Assembly (NCBI GenBank): GCA_036514715.1
Contig: DATBWR010000006.1
Coordinates: forward strand, 1-50,868
Direction of reading: 5' to 3'
Source of the DNA: Candidatus Nanoarchaeia archaeon
GTDB lineage: Bacteria; Patescibacteriota; Microgenomatia; Woykebacterales; RBG-16-39-9b
DNA: 50,868 nucleotides
Shown: in pieces, positions 18,196-25,803 of the stretch
Position numbering within the stretch: position 1 is the stretch's first letter
How the letters are laid out: each line of letters begins with the position of its first letter
Translations under genes and position numbers: made by a program
The notes under the pieces: model-generated
Database searches by the model: none
What the model saw: only the letters and a program-made list of their open reading frames with translations
What the model was told of the DNA's origin: nothing

Positions 18196-18343
18196 TTTCC
18201 CTCTCCTTAACTTGTTAAAGCAAATAGCTTAGTTTTGGCTTTCAATTTTGTGGCTGGATTATACCACTCGAAGCTAATTTAAGCAAATTGAGAGAAACGA
18301 TTTAGGTTCGCCACCGACACTAGATTGAACATCACAATTTTTC

Positions 18344-18772
18344 TCATTCTGTCGTCTGTTCCTTGAAAGGTGGGATATCTTTCCATAATTGGCTCTTATC
18401 GTCTGGATCCCCAGAGTTGTAATTGACTGTAATCTCCTCATCCTTGTTTATATCCTTAATTGCTCCAAACTCTATTACCTTGTCTTTTGAAATCTTTTTG
18501 TATGTGGCGTTGGGTTTGTAAGAGTGGTTGTAAAGAGCACCGAAACCCAAAGCTATGACAAGTAGATCTTTGTTATCTTCAAAAGAAAAATAATATTTCA
18601 CGAGAATACTTTCCTTCAAATTAGATAAATCATCCATTGGTACCTCGATAACAGGGCAGATTTCGATAACTTCATTCTTTTTTATATCTTTGGAGGCAAA
18701 AACCCCTCTTCCCGCGTTTTTTATTTTTGATTTCGATAAATATATTTTCTTAGATGGATAGAAGGTTTTCAT
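18344..18772 (-). CDS. SET domain-containing protein
   Basis: GRGVFASKDI, LYNHSYKPN and EEITVNY motifs. Start set at ATG 18772, 7 nt after the -10 box. Confidence 0.92.
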   Translation of the reverse strand: MKTFYPSKKIYLSKSKIKNAGRGVFASKDIKKNEVIEICPVIEVPMDDLSNLKESILVKYYFSFEDNKDLLVIALGFGALYNHSYKPNATYKKISKDKVIEFGAIKDINKDEEITVNYNSGDPDDKSQLWKDIPPFKEQTTE

Positions 18773-18779
18773 AGCTGAC

Positions 18780-18803
18780 ATTCTAGCACTCTGGTGGTAA
18801 AAT
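18780..18803. promoter_or_regulatory. Back-to-back extended -10 promoter (SET / nnrD)
   Basis: ATTCTAGCA-CTCTGG-TGGTAAAAT; each -10 box is exactly 7 nt from a start codon. Confidence 0.7.
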
Positions 18804-18810
18804 CAAAAAC

Positions 18811-19614
18811 GTGGACGAAAGAGAAATTTTAGCAGCTGATTTAAAGGATCTTTACCAACCACCAACTGTTTCCCGCAAAGGTGAGAACGGAAAGGTTTTT
18901 ATTATCGGCGGCAACGAGCATTATCATGGTGCTCCCCTTTTTTGTGCAAAAATTGCCAGCAAAATTGTTGATCTGGTCTTTTTCTCCTCAGTTGCCGAAA
19001 ATAACGTCTTAGTAAGAAAAATGAGATCGGGGCTAGCTGATTTTATTGTGATTGATAGAGCCGACGTTTATGACGAAGCAGCGAGAGTAGATGTTATTTT
19101 AATCGGCCCGGGTATGGGCACCGGAGACGACACTAAAGAAATAACCGATGGGCTACTGAAAAAATTCCCTGATAAAAAATTTGTGCTGGATGCCGACGCC
19201 CTGCGGGTTTTAGATAAGTCTCTGCTAAATAAAAACTGTGTTGTTACTCCCAACCGACAGGAGTTTAAGATTTTGTTTGGTCAGGATGCTGCCAAAGTAA
19301 CAACGCAAGAGGCAGCAAAAAAATATAATTGTATTGTAGTTGCCAAAGGACCCGAGACTTATGTCAGCGACGGTGAAAGCTTGAGAATTAACCAAACTGG
19401 TAACGCTGGTATGACCAAGGGTGGAACTGGCGACGTGCTAGCCGGCTTGATTGCAGGGCTCTCTTGCAAAAACGACTTATTTTTAGCCTCGTGTGCTGCT
19501 GTGTTCATCAACGGAACCGCTGCCGATGCCCTCAAGGAAAAGGTTTCCTATTATTTCAACGCCAGCGATTTGATCGAAGAAATTCCTGCAACCATGAAAA
19601 AATTACTCACCTAG
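18811..19614 (+). CDS. nnrD: NAD(P)H-hydrate dehydratase (YjeF C-terminal domain only)
   Basis: IGPGMG, VLDADAL, VVTPNRQEF and GMTKGGTGDVLAG motifs. Confidence 0.92.
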   Translation: MDEREILAADLKDLYQPPTVSRKGENGKVFIIGGNEHYHGAPLFCAKIASKIVDLVFFSSVAENNVLVRKMRSGLADFIVIDRADVYDEAARVDVILIGPGMGTGDDTKEITDGLLKKFPDKKFVLDADALRVLDKSLLNKNCVVTPNRQEFKILFGQDAAKVTTQEAAKKYNCIVVAKGPETYVSDGESLRINQTGNAGMTKGGTGDVLAGLIAGLSCKNDLFLASCAAVFINGTAADALKEKVSYYFNASDLIEEIPATMKKLLT

Positions 19615-19663
19615 GCTTCCATTTCCAGATGTCTAACAAAATATTCAACATTCCAAGCGCTAA

Positions 19664-19691
19664 AGATATATGAATGATTATTCATATATCT
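19664..19691. repeat. Palindrome AG-ATATATGAAT-GATT-ATTCATATAT-CT (copy 2 of 4)
   Basis: Perfect 12-4-12 inverted repeat. Confidence 0.85.
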
Positions 19692-19849
19692 AGAGTTTGT
19701 TAAATTCTTGCTGGCATTTTAGCACTTTGAGACAAAGTACGTCAGTGGTTTTAACCACCAAGAAGCCTTGCGGTGTGCACAATCACGATAATTACTCACA
19801 CACCGCGACCGTGACAGTCAACTAGCCTTTGTAATATAATTTCCAGAGT

Positions 19850-20776
19850 GTGGAAATACTCTTTCTTCTCCTTACAGTCTTAGGTCTTTCTCTTTTTGAG
19901 ATTATTACCAGCATCGATAACGCCATCATCAACGCTGAGGTGCTCGGTGGTATGAGCCAAAGAGCGCGGCGGTGGTTTTTGCTTTGGGGCTTTTTGTTTG
20001 CGGTTTTTGTCGTTCGGGGCTTGCTTCCTTTTCTCATTGTCTGGATCGCCAATCCCACGATTGGTCCGATCGGAGTCATTACCGCTGCTTTTTCTAACGA
20101 CCCAGCGATAATAGAGGCAATCGAAGCTTCCTCACCGCTCTTACTAATCGGTGGAGGGGTTTTCCTCGTCTTTCTCTTTTTCAACTGGATTTTTTTGGAA
20201 CCAAAAAGCTACGGATTAAAGGGTGAAGCGTTTTTTCATGCCCAAGGAGCCTGGTTTTTTGCAGTTGTCTCTATTTTACTCACAATTATTGTCTGGTTTG
20301 CGCTCCAGAAGGGGCCGATGCTAGGGTTTGCCGCGGTAGTTGGTTCGACTGCCTTTTTCATAATTCACGGGTTTCGACAGTTTGCTGAAGAGCAAGAGAA
20401 AAGACTTATGAGCGGTAACATGTCAGACGTCGCCAAAATTGCTTACTTAGAAGTTCTTGATTCGACTTTTTCAATCGATGGAGTGATCGGCGCTTTTGCC
20501 TTTACCTTTTTAGTCCCGTTAATCTTAGTCGGTAACGGATTAGGAGCCTTAGTTTTGAGAAAGTTAACAGTCAGTAACATTGAGAGAATTAAACGCTATA
20601 AATATCTGAAGAACGGGGCAATGTATTCTATCCTTTTCCTAGGCACAATTATGATCTTAGACAGCTTTGGTTTTCATTTTCCGCCTTGGTTTTCACCGCT
20701 AATCACTTTTGGAACAGTTGGTTATTTCTTTTATAAATCAAAAGTCGCTTTGGCAAAAGTGGAAGAAGCGGTATAG
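19850..20776 (+). CDS. DUF475 (TerC-related) membrane protein
   Basis: SIDNAIINAEVL, YLEVLDSTFSIDGVIGAFA and YLKNGAMYSI motifs. Confidence 0.9.
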   Translation: MEILFLLLTVLGLSLFEIITSIDNAIINAEVLGGMSQRARRWFLLWGFLFAVFVVRGLLPFLIVWIANPTIGPIGVITAAFSNDPAIIEAIEASSPLLLIGGGVFLVFLFFNWIFLEPKSYGLKGEAFFHAQGAWFFAVVSILLTIIVWFALQKGPMLGFAAVVGSTAFFIIHGFRQFAEEQEKRLMSGNMSDVAKIAYLEVLDSTFSIDGVIGAFAFTFLVPLILVGNGLGALVLRKLTVSNIERIKRYKYLKNGAMYSILFLGTIMILDSFGFHFPPWFSPLITFGTVGYFFYKSKVALAKVEEAV

Positions 20777-20878
20777 GTCTTCGACTCTTGTACCGCTGCA
20801 CGGTATAAGCATCTTCAATTCTTGTATCGTAGGAACGATATAATCATCTTCGACGCTTGTATCTCGATGCGATATAAT
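20777..20878 (+). repeat. Three tandem ~35-bp units, each ending in a CTTGTA-hairpin-TATAA(T/G) element
   Basis: Elements at 20787-20809, 20821-20844 and 20856-20878; the last TATAAT is 7 nt before ATG 20886. Confidence 0.85.
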
Positions 20879-20885
20879 AGAGTTA

Positions 20886-21413
20886 ATGAACTCTTTTAAG
20901 GGTTTTAGTTCTTCAACCTACATCATCGCTGTTTTATTTGTACTGGTTCTGATTTCCGCCGGGCTTTACACCCTAAACTTTAGAGAGGGAGAGCCAGAAC
21001 CCCTTGCTCAAACTCCGCCGGAAACCAATAGTGAGTCTGAAAGCGCGTCGCAAACTGCCAGCGAGCCAGAGACTACACCTACACAACCCCAAGAAGGAGC
21101 AAAAACAACTCCTGAAGTCCCACCAGCATCTCAAGTCCCTTCAACCTCTGCACTAATAACCTTTAATGGAGATGGTTTCTCCCCCTCTTACGTTGCTATA
21201 AGTGCGGGTGGGACGTTGAGTGTCCGAAATGCCTCGGGAAACTCTTTGGCCTTTCAAAGTGATCCGCACCCAACCCACGATTGCAACCCGGAACTTAACT
21301 TGGGAAATGTTTATCCCGGACAGACTGTTTCAGTCACTTTGACTGCAGTTAAAGCTTGCGGAGTCCACAACCACTTTAACCCAACTCAGACGGCAACAGT
21401 AACTGTAAGTTAG
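20886..21413 (+). CDS. Membrane-anchored cupredoxin-like domain protein
   Basis: TM helix, P/T/E-rich linker, then FSPSYVAISAGGTLSVRN...HPTH...CGVHNH. Confidence 0.65.
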   Translation: MNSFKGFSSSTYIIAVLFVLVLISAGLYTLNFREGEPEPLAQTPPETNSESESASQTASEPETTPTQPQEGAKTTPEVPPASQVPSTSALITFNGDGFSPSYVAISAGGTLSVRNASGNSLAFQSDPHPTHDCNPELNLGNVYPGQTVSVTLTAVKACGVHNHFNPTQTATVTVS

Positions 21414-21437
21414 CGACATTTGCTCGAGGACTCGCAA

Positions 21438-22082
21438 ATGGAAACTTTTGAAAAAACTCGGCGCTCTTTTGCAGAAAAAGTAATCAAACCAACCGGAGTT
21501 TCCCCAAAAGTACTCAAGGCTTTTCTTTCAGTCCCAAGAGAAAAATTTGTTTTACCAGAGTACAAAAATCAAGCTTATTCGGACATGGCTCTACCAATTA
21601 AAGAAGGGCAAACTATCAGCCAACCATCACTAGTGGCGATCATGACCCACCTTCTCAACTTGACTGGAAAAGAAATCGTCCTAGAAATAGGGACTGGCTC
21701 TGGGTATCAGGCAGCAATTCTTTCAAAATTATCTAAGGAAGTTCACACTGTGGAAAGAATTAGCAGTCTTGCTGCCAAAGCTGGGAAGCTCTTCAATGAA
21801 CTCGGGCTTAAAAACATTGAAAGTTATGTAGCCGACGGTACTTTGGGGTTACCCAAGAAAGCCCCGTACGACGCTATTATTGTTACTGCTGGTGCAAGAC
21901 AACTTCCAGGAGCGCTAGTTGATCAGCTTAAAGTTGGTGGGAGGATGGTAATCCCGGTGCATAAAGATGGGTCGCAAAAGTTGCAACTTGTTGTAAAAGA
22001 AAAGACCGGCATTAAGATAACTGATATTGAAAACGTCGCCTTCGTCCCTTTGATCGGCCGGTACAGTAAAAACAATGGCTAA
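21438..22082 (+). CDS. pcm: Protein-L-isoaspartate O-methyltransferase
   Basis: VPREKF, QTISQP, VLEIGTGSGYQAA and PYDAIIVTAGA motifs; start set at ATG 21438. Confidence 0.95.
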   Translation: METFEKTRRSFAEKVIKPTGVSPKVLKAFLSVPREKFVLPEYKNQAYSDMALPIKEGQTISQPSLVAIMTHLLNLTGKEIVLEIGTGSGYQAAILSKLSKEVHTVERISSLAAKAGKLFNELGLKNIESYVADGTLGLPKKAPYDAIIVTAGARQLPGALVDQLKVGGRMVIPVHKDGSQKLQLVVKEKTGIKITDIENVAFVPLIGRYSKNNG

Positions 22083-22488
22083 AGCTTGGTTTGGAGTGCA
22101 TAAGTTTTGGGGTTGGTACCCGATTACTTGGGAAGCTTACCTCTTGATTGCTTTGATGTTTTTTGGGGTAGGTTTTAGTGTTTTTACCGCCGATCTAAAT
22201 TCGCACTCAGTTAGTGATACTTTAACAACTGCCTTTCCCTTTGCAAGCTTAATTGTTTCCGTCACGATTTTAGTTACCTCTCTCAAAGGGGTGAGACCGA
22301 AATTTGGCAAAAAGACAAGCGCAAACTACAGTTCAGACAATCCGAAGGCGTATTTGGTTTTGCCATTTTTAGTTCTACCGGTAATAATTTATTATTTTGC
22401 TTCTGGGGGTTATTTAGGAGCAGGGCTTTTGTTTATGGTTTTCTTAACACTTCTGGGAGTTTATCGAAATTTACAAAAAAGAAGTTGA
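22075..22488 (+). CDS. Hypothetical membrane protein
   Basis: WFG...GWYPITWE followed by four hydrophobic segments; overlaps the pcm stop. Confidence 0.7.
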   Translation: MAKAWFGVHKFWGWYPITWEAYLLIALMFFGVGFSVFTADLNSHSVSDTLTTAFPFASLIVSVTILVTSLKGVRPKFGKKTSANYSSDNPKAYLVLPFLVLPVIIYYFASGGYLGAGLLFMVFLTLLGVYRNLQKRS

Positions 22489-22554
22489 CGCTCGATGAGT
22501 TTTTAATCTCATCTCTGGCGGGGCCAGCCGGGCGCGTCATTTCCGGGAAGTACT

Positions 22555-22809
22555 CTACTTGATTGGCCTCATGCTCCATTCATCAATGTCTCGGATGCCG
22601 AGAAGTCCTTTCAGAATGATGAGACAGAAGCCGGCGACCAACAGGACAATTCCGCCGATGAAGGCAAAAATCCACAGTGGGTCGTCTTCAACCAGAACCG
22701 GCTCGGTAACGTACCTAAAGAGGAACGACCCAAGCACAATGCTGATCAGTCCGTAGACTACGTAGAGGACTCGGCTGCGAAGACCAAGGCGAGTTGATCT
22801 CCTTTTCAC
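22555..22809 (-). CDS. Small two-TM hypothetical protein
   Basis: AAAGGAG SD before the GTG start; two hydrophobic helices. Confidence 0.65.
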   Translation of the reverse strand: MKRRSTRLGLRSRVLYVVYGLISIVLGSFLFRYVTEPVLVEDDPLWIFAFIGGIVLLVAGFCLIILKGLLGIRDIDEWSMRPIK

Positions 22810-22822
22810 TTTGCTCTCCTTT

Positions 22823-22990
22823 CTACAAGAGCTGAACTGCGATGTACACGAGGATGGTGGTCACACCAACCCCCACAATGATCTTCCGAACCAGTACGTT
22901 CTTCGCCACTAGGTCCGTAATGGGTACAAAGTCCCTCTCCTTCTGGAAAGGAACTTCCCTACCGATGGTAGGGAAAGGAATTACTCTCAA
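22823..22990 (-). CDS. 55-aa hypothetical protein with C-terminal TM helix
   Basis: Not in the track. GAGGAGG SD and TTG start; MRVIPFPTIGREVPFQKERDFVPITDLVAKNVLVRKIIVGVGVTTILVYIAVQLL. Confidence 0.6.
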   Translation of the reverse strand: MRVIPFPTIGREVPFQKERDFVPITDLVAKNVLVRKIIVGVGVTTILVYIAVQLL

Positions 22991-23018
22991 CTCGAACCTC
23001 CTCTATTTGATGCCCTAT

Positions 23019-23047
23019 AGTATAGCACGTTCAGCTTCCAAAGTCAA
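23019..23047 (-). promoter_or_regulatory. Sigma70-type promoter for the 22990/22809 pair
   Basis: TTGACT-17-TATACT with TG extension. Confidence 0.7.
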
Positions 23048-23096
23048 GTGCGGTGGGGTTGACAAGAAGTAGTCATAAAAACTACGATGAGGTTAA

Positions 23097-23294
23097 ATGT
23101 ACGAAGGGAATCGTTTTAATAGCCCCTTGGTAAAATTAAAAAACACCAGCCCTTTAGTGTGGGCGATTATTTTACTGGCTTTGGCTGGACTTTTTGCTCT
23201 GATCCCATTGCAGTTTTTCAAAATCCTAACTATCCCCCCTTTGTTACTAGGAGGTTTACTTTTTTACCAAGCAGTTTTTAAGAATAAATACTAA
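23097..23294 (+). CDS. Small two-TM hypothetical protein
   Basis: 65-aa hydrophobic ORF convergent with rpsI. Confidence 0.55.
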   Translation: MYEGNRFNSPLVKLKNTSPLVWAIILLALAGLFALIPLQFFKILTIPPLLLGGLLFYQAVFKNKY

Positions 23295-23296
23295 CT

Positions 23297-23761
23297 TTAA
23301 CGCTTTGGAGATTGTTTGCGGGCGCGGGCTTTTCCGGCTCGGCCGTATTTGCGTCTTTCTTTAACACGAGAGTCTCGGGTCAATAACTTCCGCTTTGAAA
23401 GGCCAGACCGCATTGTTTCATCGTAGGCCAAAAGGGCTCGGGAAATACCGTGTAAAACCGCTCCAGCCTGAGCTACTAACCCGCCGCCTTCCACCTTGAT
23501 CTCACCCTCCATTTGCCCGAGTCGGTTAACCACCCTGAAAGGCTCTTCCAGTTGTTTTGAATTTTTTAGGCTGGCGAAATATTCTTCCATGGGTTTGCCG
23601 TTGACCGAAATTGCTCCTTTTCCCAATTTCAGCCAGACACGGGCAATCGCCCTTTTCCGGCGCCCGACTGCTCGATATAAATCATTACCGCTTTTTGCTT
23701 TGGGTTTAACTTCTTCAACAACTTCCTCTTTTTCAACTAGCGCCTTGGCTTTTTTCGGCAT
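23297..23761 (-). CDS. rpsI: 30S ribosomal protein S9
   Basis: AVGRRKRAIARV and ERRKYG..KAR motifs. Confidence 0.97.
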   Translation of the reverse strand: MPKKAKALVEKEEVVEEVKPKAKSGNDLYRAVGRRKRAIARVWLKLGKGAISVNGKPMEEYFASLKNSKQLEEPFRVVNRLGQMEGEIKVEGGGLVAQAGAVLHGISRALLAYDETMRSGLSKRKLLTRDSRVKERRKYGRAGKARARKQSPKR

Positions 23762-23762
23762 C

Positions 23763-24206
23763 TTAAACCTCGATTTTTTCTACTTTCTGAGCCTGGTGTG
23801 GGTGTTCTTCACCGGCATAAACAAACAATTTCTTAGCTAAAGAGCGCCCCAACTTCGTTTTTGGCAACATGCCGACTACTGCATGCTCAATAATTTCTTG
23901 GGGCTTCTCGCTTCTTAAAATCTTTAAAGTCCTAGTATGCAACCCTCCAGGATAACCGGAATAGCGGTAGTATTTTTTATTTTCTTCTTTCCGCCCAGTT
24001 GTCTCAATTTTAGCGGCGTTAATAATTACCACGTAGTCACCTTTATCTGCTTCGGGTACAAACTCGACATTATTTTTACCCCGTAAAATTGCCGCAACTT
24101 TAGTTGCCAACCTACCCAAGACTTTACCTCTGGCATCAACCAGAAACCATTTTTTAATATCTTCTTCTTGACTAACAATTTTTTCTTTAACTTTCTGACT
24201 TGGCAT
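23763..24206 (-). CDS. rplM: 50S ribosomal protein L13
   Basis: WFLVDA...LGRLAT, YSGYPGG and GMLPK motifs; start set at ATG 24206. Confidence 0.97.
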   Translation of the reverse strand: MPSQKVKEKIVSQEEDIKKWFLVDARGKVLGRLATKVAAILRGKNNVEFVPEADKGDYVVIINAAKIETTGRKEENKKYYRYSGYPGGLHTRTLKILRSEKPQEIIEHAVVGMLPKTKLGRSLAKKLFVYAGEEHPHQAQKVEKIEV

Positions 24207-24693
24207 CTTTTTCCTTTTTGGCTTTTGTAATTCTAACCTTTTTCGCCTTTTTCTTTTCGACTCCCTTTTCATCAACTTTTGCGCTTACCAACTTTTTTAC
24301 TTTCCCTTCGATTTTCTTCGGGACCACAACAGCGCTCGGTGCTTCCACAAACATTAGTGAAACTAGGCTTGCCTTATCCCCAGAACGTGTTCCAACTTTG
24401 ACGATCCGGGTGTAACCACCGGGGCGATCTTTAAACTTGGGACCGATCAATTCTATCATTTTTTTGACCGAGTTTTCCGAAACTAGCGCTTTTTGTAAAA
24501 GTCGGCGTGAGTGCAAACTGGAATCCTTAGCGCGGGTTACAAGTTTTTCCACCAAAGGTCTCACTGCTTTGGCTTTAGCTTCAGTAGTAGTTATTTTCTC
24601 GTTTAAAATTAACTGATTAGTAAGAGCCCTGAACAGGGCCTTTCTTTGACCAGTGTTTCTACCTAATTTTCTGCCTGCTACGTGATGCAACAT
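24187..24693 (-). CDS. rplQ: 50S ribosomal protein L17 with Lys-rich tail
   Basis: TTEAKAK and RPGGYTRI motifs. Confidence 0.97.
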   Translation of the reverse strand: MLHHVAGRKLGRNTGQRKALFRALTNQLILNEKITTTEAKAKAVRPLVEKLVTRAKDSSLHSRRLLQKALVSENSVKKMIELIGPKFKDRPGGYTRIVKVGTRSGDKASLVSLMFVEAPSAVVVPKKIEGKVKKLVSAKVDEKGVEKKKAKKVRITKAKKEKDAKSES

Positions 24694-24702
24694 CTTTGTA
24701 AA

Positions 24703-25608
24703 TTACTTGGTTAGACCTTTCTCTTTAAGCTTTTCCTCAATATCGGATAACGACTTGGCTCCCATGTTCTTAAGTTTAACGAGTTTTTCTTTTGGAGCCT
24801 CAAGAAGGTCGTTGACTGTCTCGATACCAGCGTTTTTGAGAGAGTTAGTAATTCGAGTAGAAAGTTCTAGTTCCTCGACACTGGCTGTTTTTTCGATTTT
24901 TGGTCTGACTTGAGTTTCTTCTTTTTCTTTCTTAGGTGGCTTTTTCTGCTCGAAAAGGACTTGAAAAAAGTCAGTTAAAATTTTGGCAGCTTCCTTAACG
25001 GCCTCAGCGGGAGTAACGGTTCCGTCGGTATCAATTTCAAAGGTAAGTTTATCGAAGTTCGTAATTTGTCCGACACGAGTTGCTTCAACCCGGTAATTAA
25101 CTTTAAGTATGGGGGTGAAGTTAGCGTCCAATGGGATTACACCGATACCAAGACCACGTCTACCCTCCACTGGTACGTAGCCCACTCCTTTTTCAGCAGT
25201 CATTTCAATTTCTAGCTTAGTCTTGTTGTCAGAGAGTGTCGCGATCAGTTGCGCAGGGTTGGCAATCTTCATGCCAGCAGGAAGTTTGATATCGGAAGCT
25301 TTTACTTCTTTAGGGCCTTTCTCTTCAAGTGTGAGTTTTACCGGTTTGTCACCCTCAATCTGTAACCTAATTCTTTTTAAATTGAGAAGGATTTCAACCA
25401 CGTCTTCTTTGACTCCCTTGATCGTGGAGTATTCGTGAGCAACTCCAGGGATCTTCACTTGGGTAATTGCCGACCCCGGAAGTGAGGAGAGTAACACCCG
25501 ACGCAGCGCGTTACCTAAGGTCATACCGTAACCCTGGGGAAGGGGCTCCACGGTAATGGAACCGCTTTGAGGGCTTCCTTCCTGAGTAATTCTAATTTGA
25601 TCAACCAT
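24703..25608 (-). CDS. rpoA: RNA polymerase subunit alpha
   Basis: EPLPQGYGMTLGNALRRVLLSS, HEYSTI.GVKED and alpha-CTD. Confidence 0.98.
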   Translation of the reverse strand: MVDQIRITQEGSPQSGSITVEPLPQGYGMTLGNALRRVLLSSLPGSAITQVKIPGVAHEYSTIKGVKEDVVEILLNLKRIRLQIEGDKPVKLTLEEKGPKEVKASDIKLPAGMKIANPAQLIATLSDNKTKLEIEMTAEKGVGYVPVEGRRGLGIGVIPLDANFTPILKVNYRVEATRVGQITNFDKLTFEIDTDGTVTPAEAVKEAAKILTDFFQVLFEQKKPPKKEKEETQVRPKIEKTASVEELELSTRITNSLKNAGIETVNDLLEAPKEKLVKLKNMGAKSLSDIEEKLKEKGLTK

Positions 25609-25694
25609 TTTTACCTCCTAAATATACTTTCAAAAACTTTCTAAAAATTTCCAAAGGCAGATATTAGTTTAGCGCTAATAAACCCCTTTGGGGA

Positions 25695-25803
25695 CTGCTC
25701 GCTAACGCGAGTAGATCGCTTTGCGCTCTGCAGCCTACCGGCTGTAGAATTCGACAACAGTCATCTGCGAGTTCTGCTCCCTATCGGGAGTAGAATTCGA
25801 CAA
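25695..25803. repeat. REP-like mosaic of three CTGC-N4-TANC-N4'-GTAG hairpins overlapping the rpsD stop
   Basis: Hairpins at 25695-25714, 25728-25747 and 25774-25793; exact 14-nt duplication GTAGAATTCGACAA at 25744 and 25790. Confidence 0.8.

Noticed and set aside
15581-19730. CIRCE (HrcA) elements suggested by TTAGCACT at about 15581, 18784 and 19719
   Set aside because: The second half-site GAGTGCTAA is missing at the 9-nt spacing. The motif is better explained as a reverse-strand TGcTAAAAT/TGcTAGAAT extended -10.
20777-20878. CRISPR array
   Set aside because: The variable parts are only 11-12 nt and self-complementary, there are just three units, and no cas genes lie in the window.
21417-21440. 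CATTTGC/GCAAATG hairpin ending at the pcm start codon
   Set aside because: Single copy in the window; it cannot be distinguished from a chance or generic intergenic palindrome.
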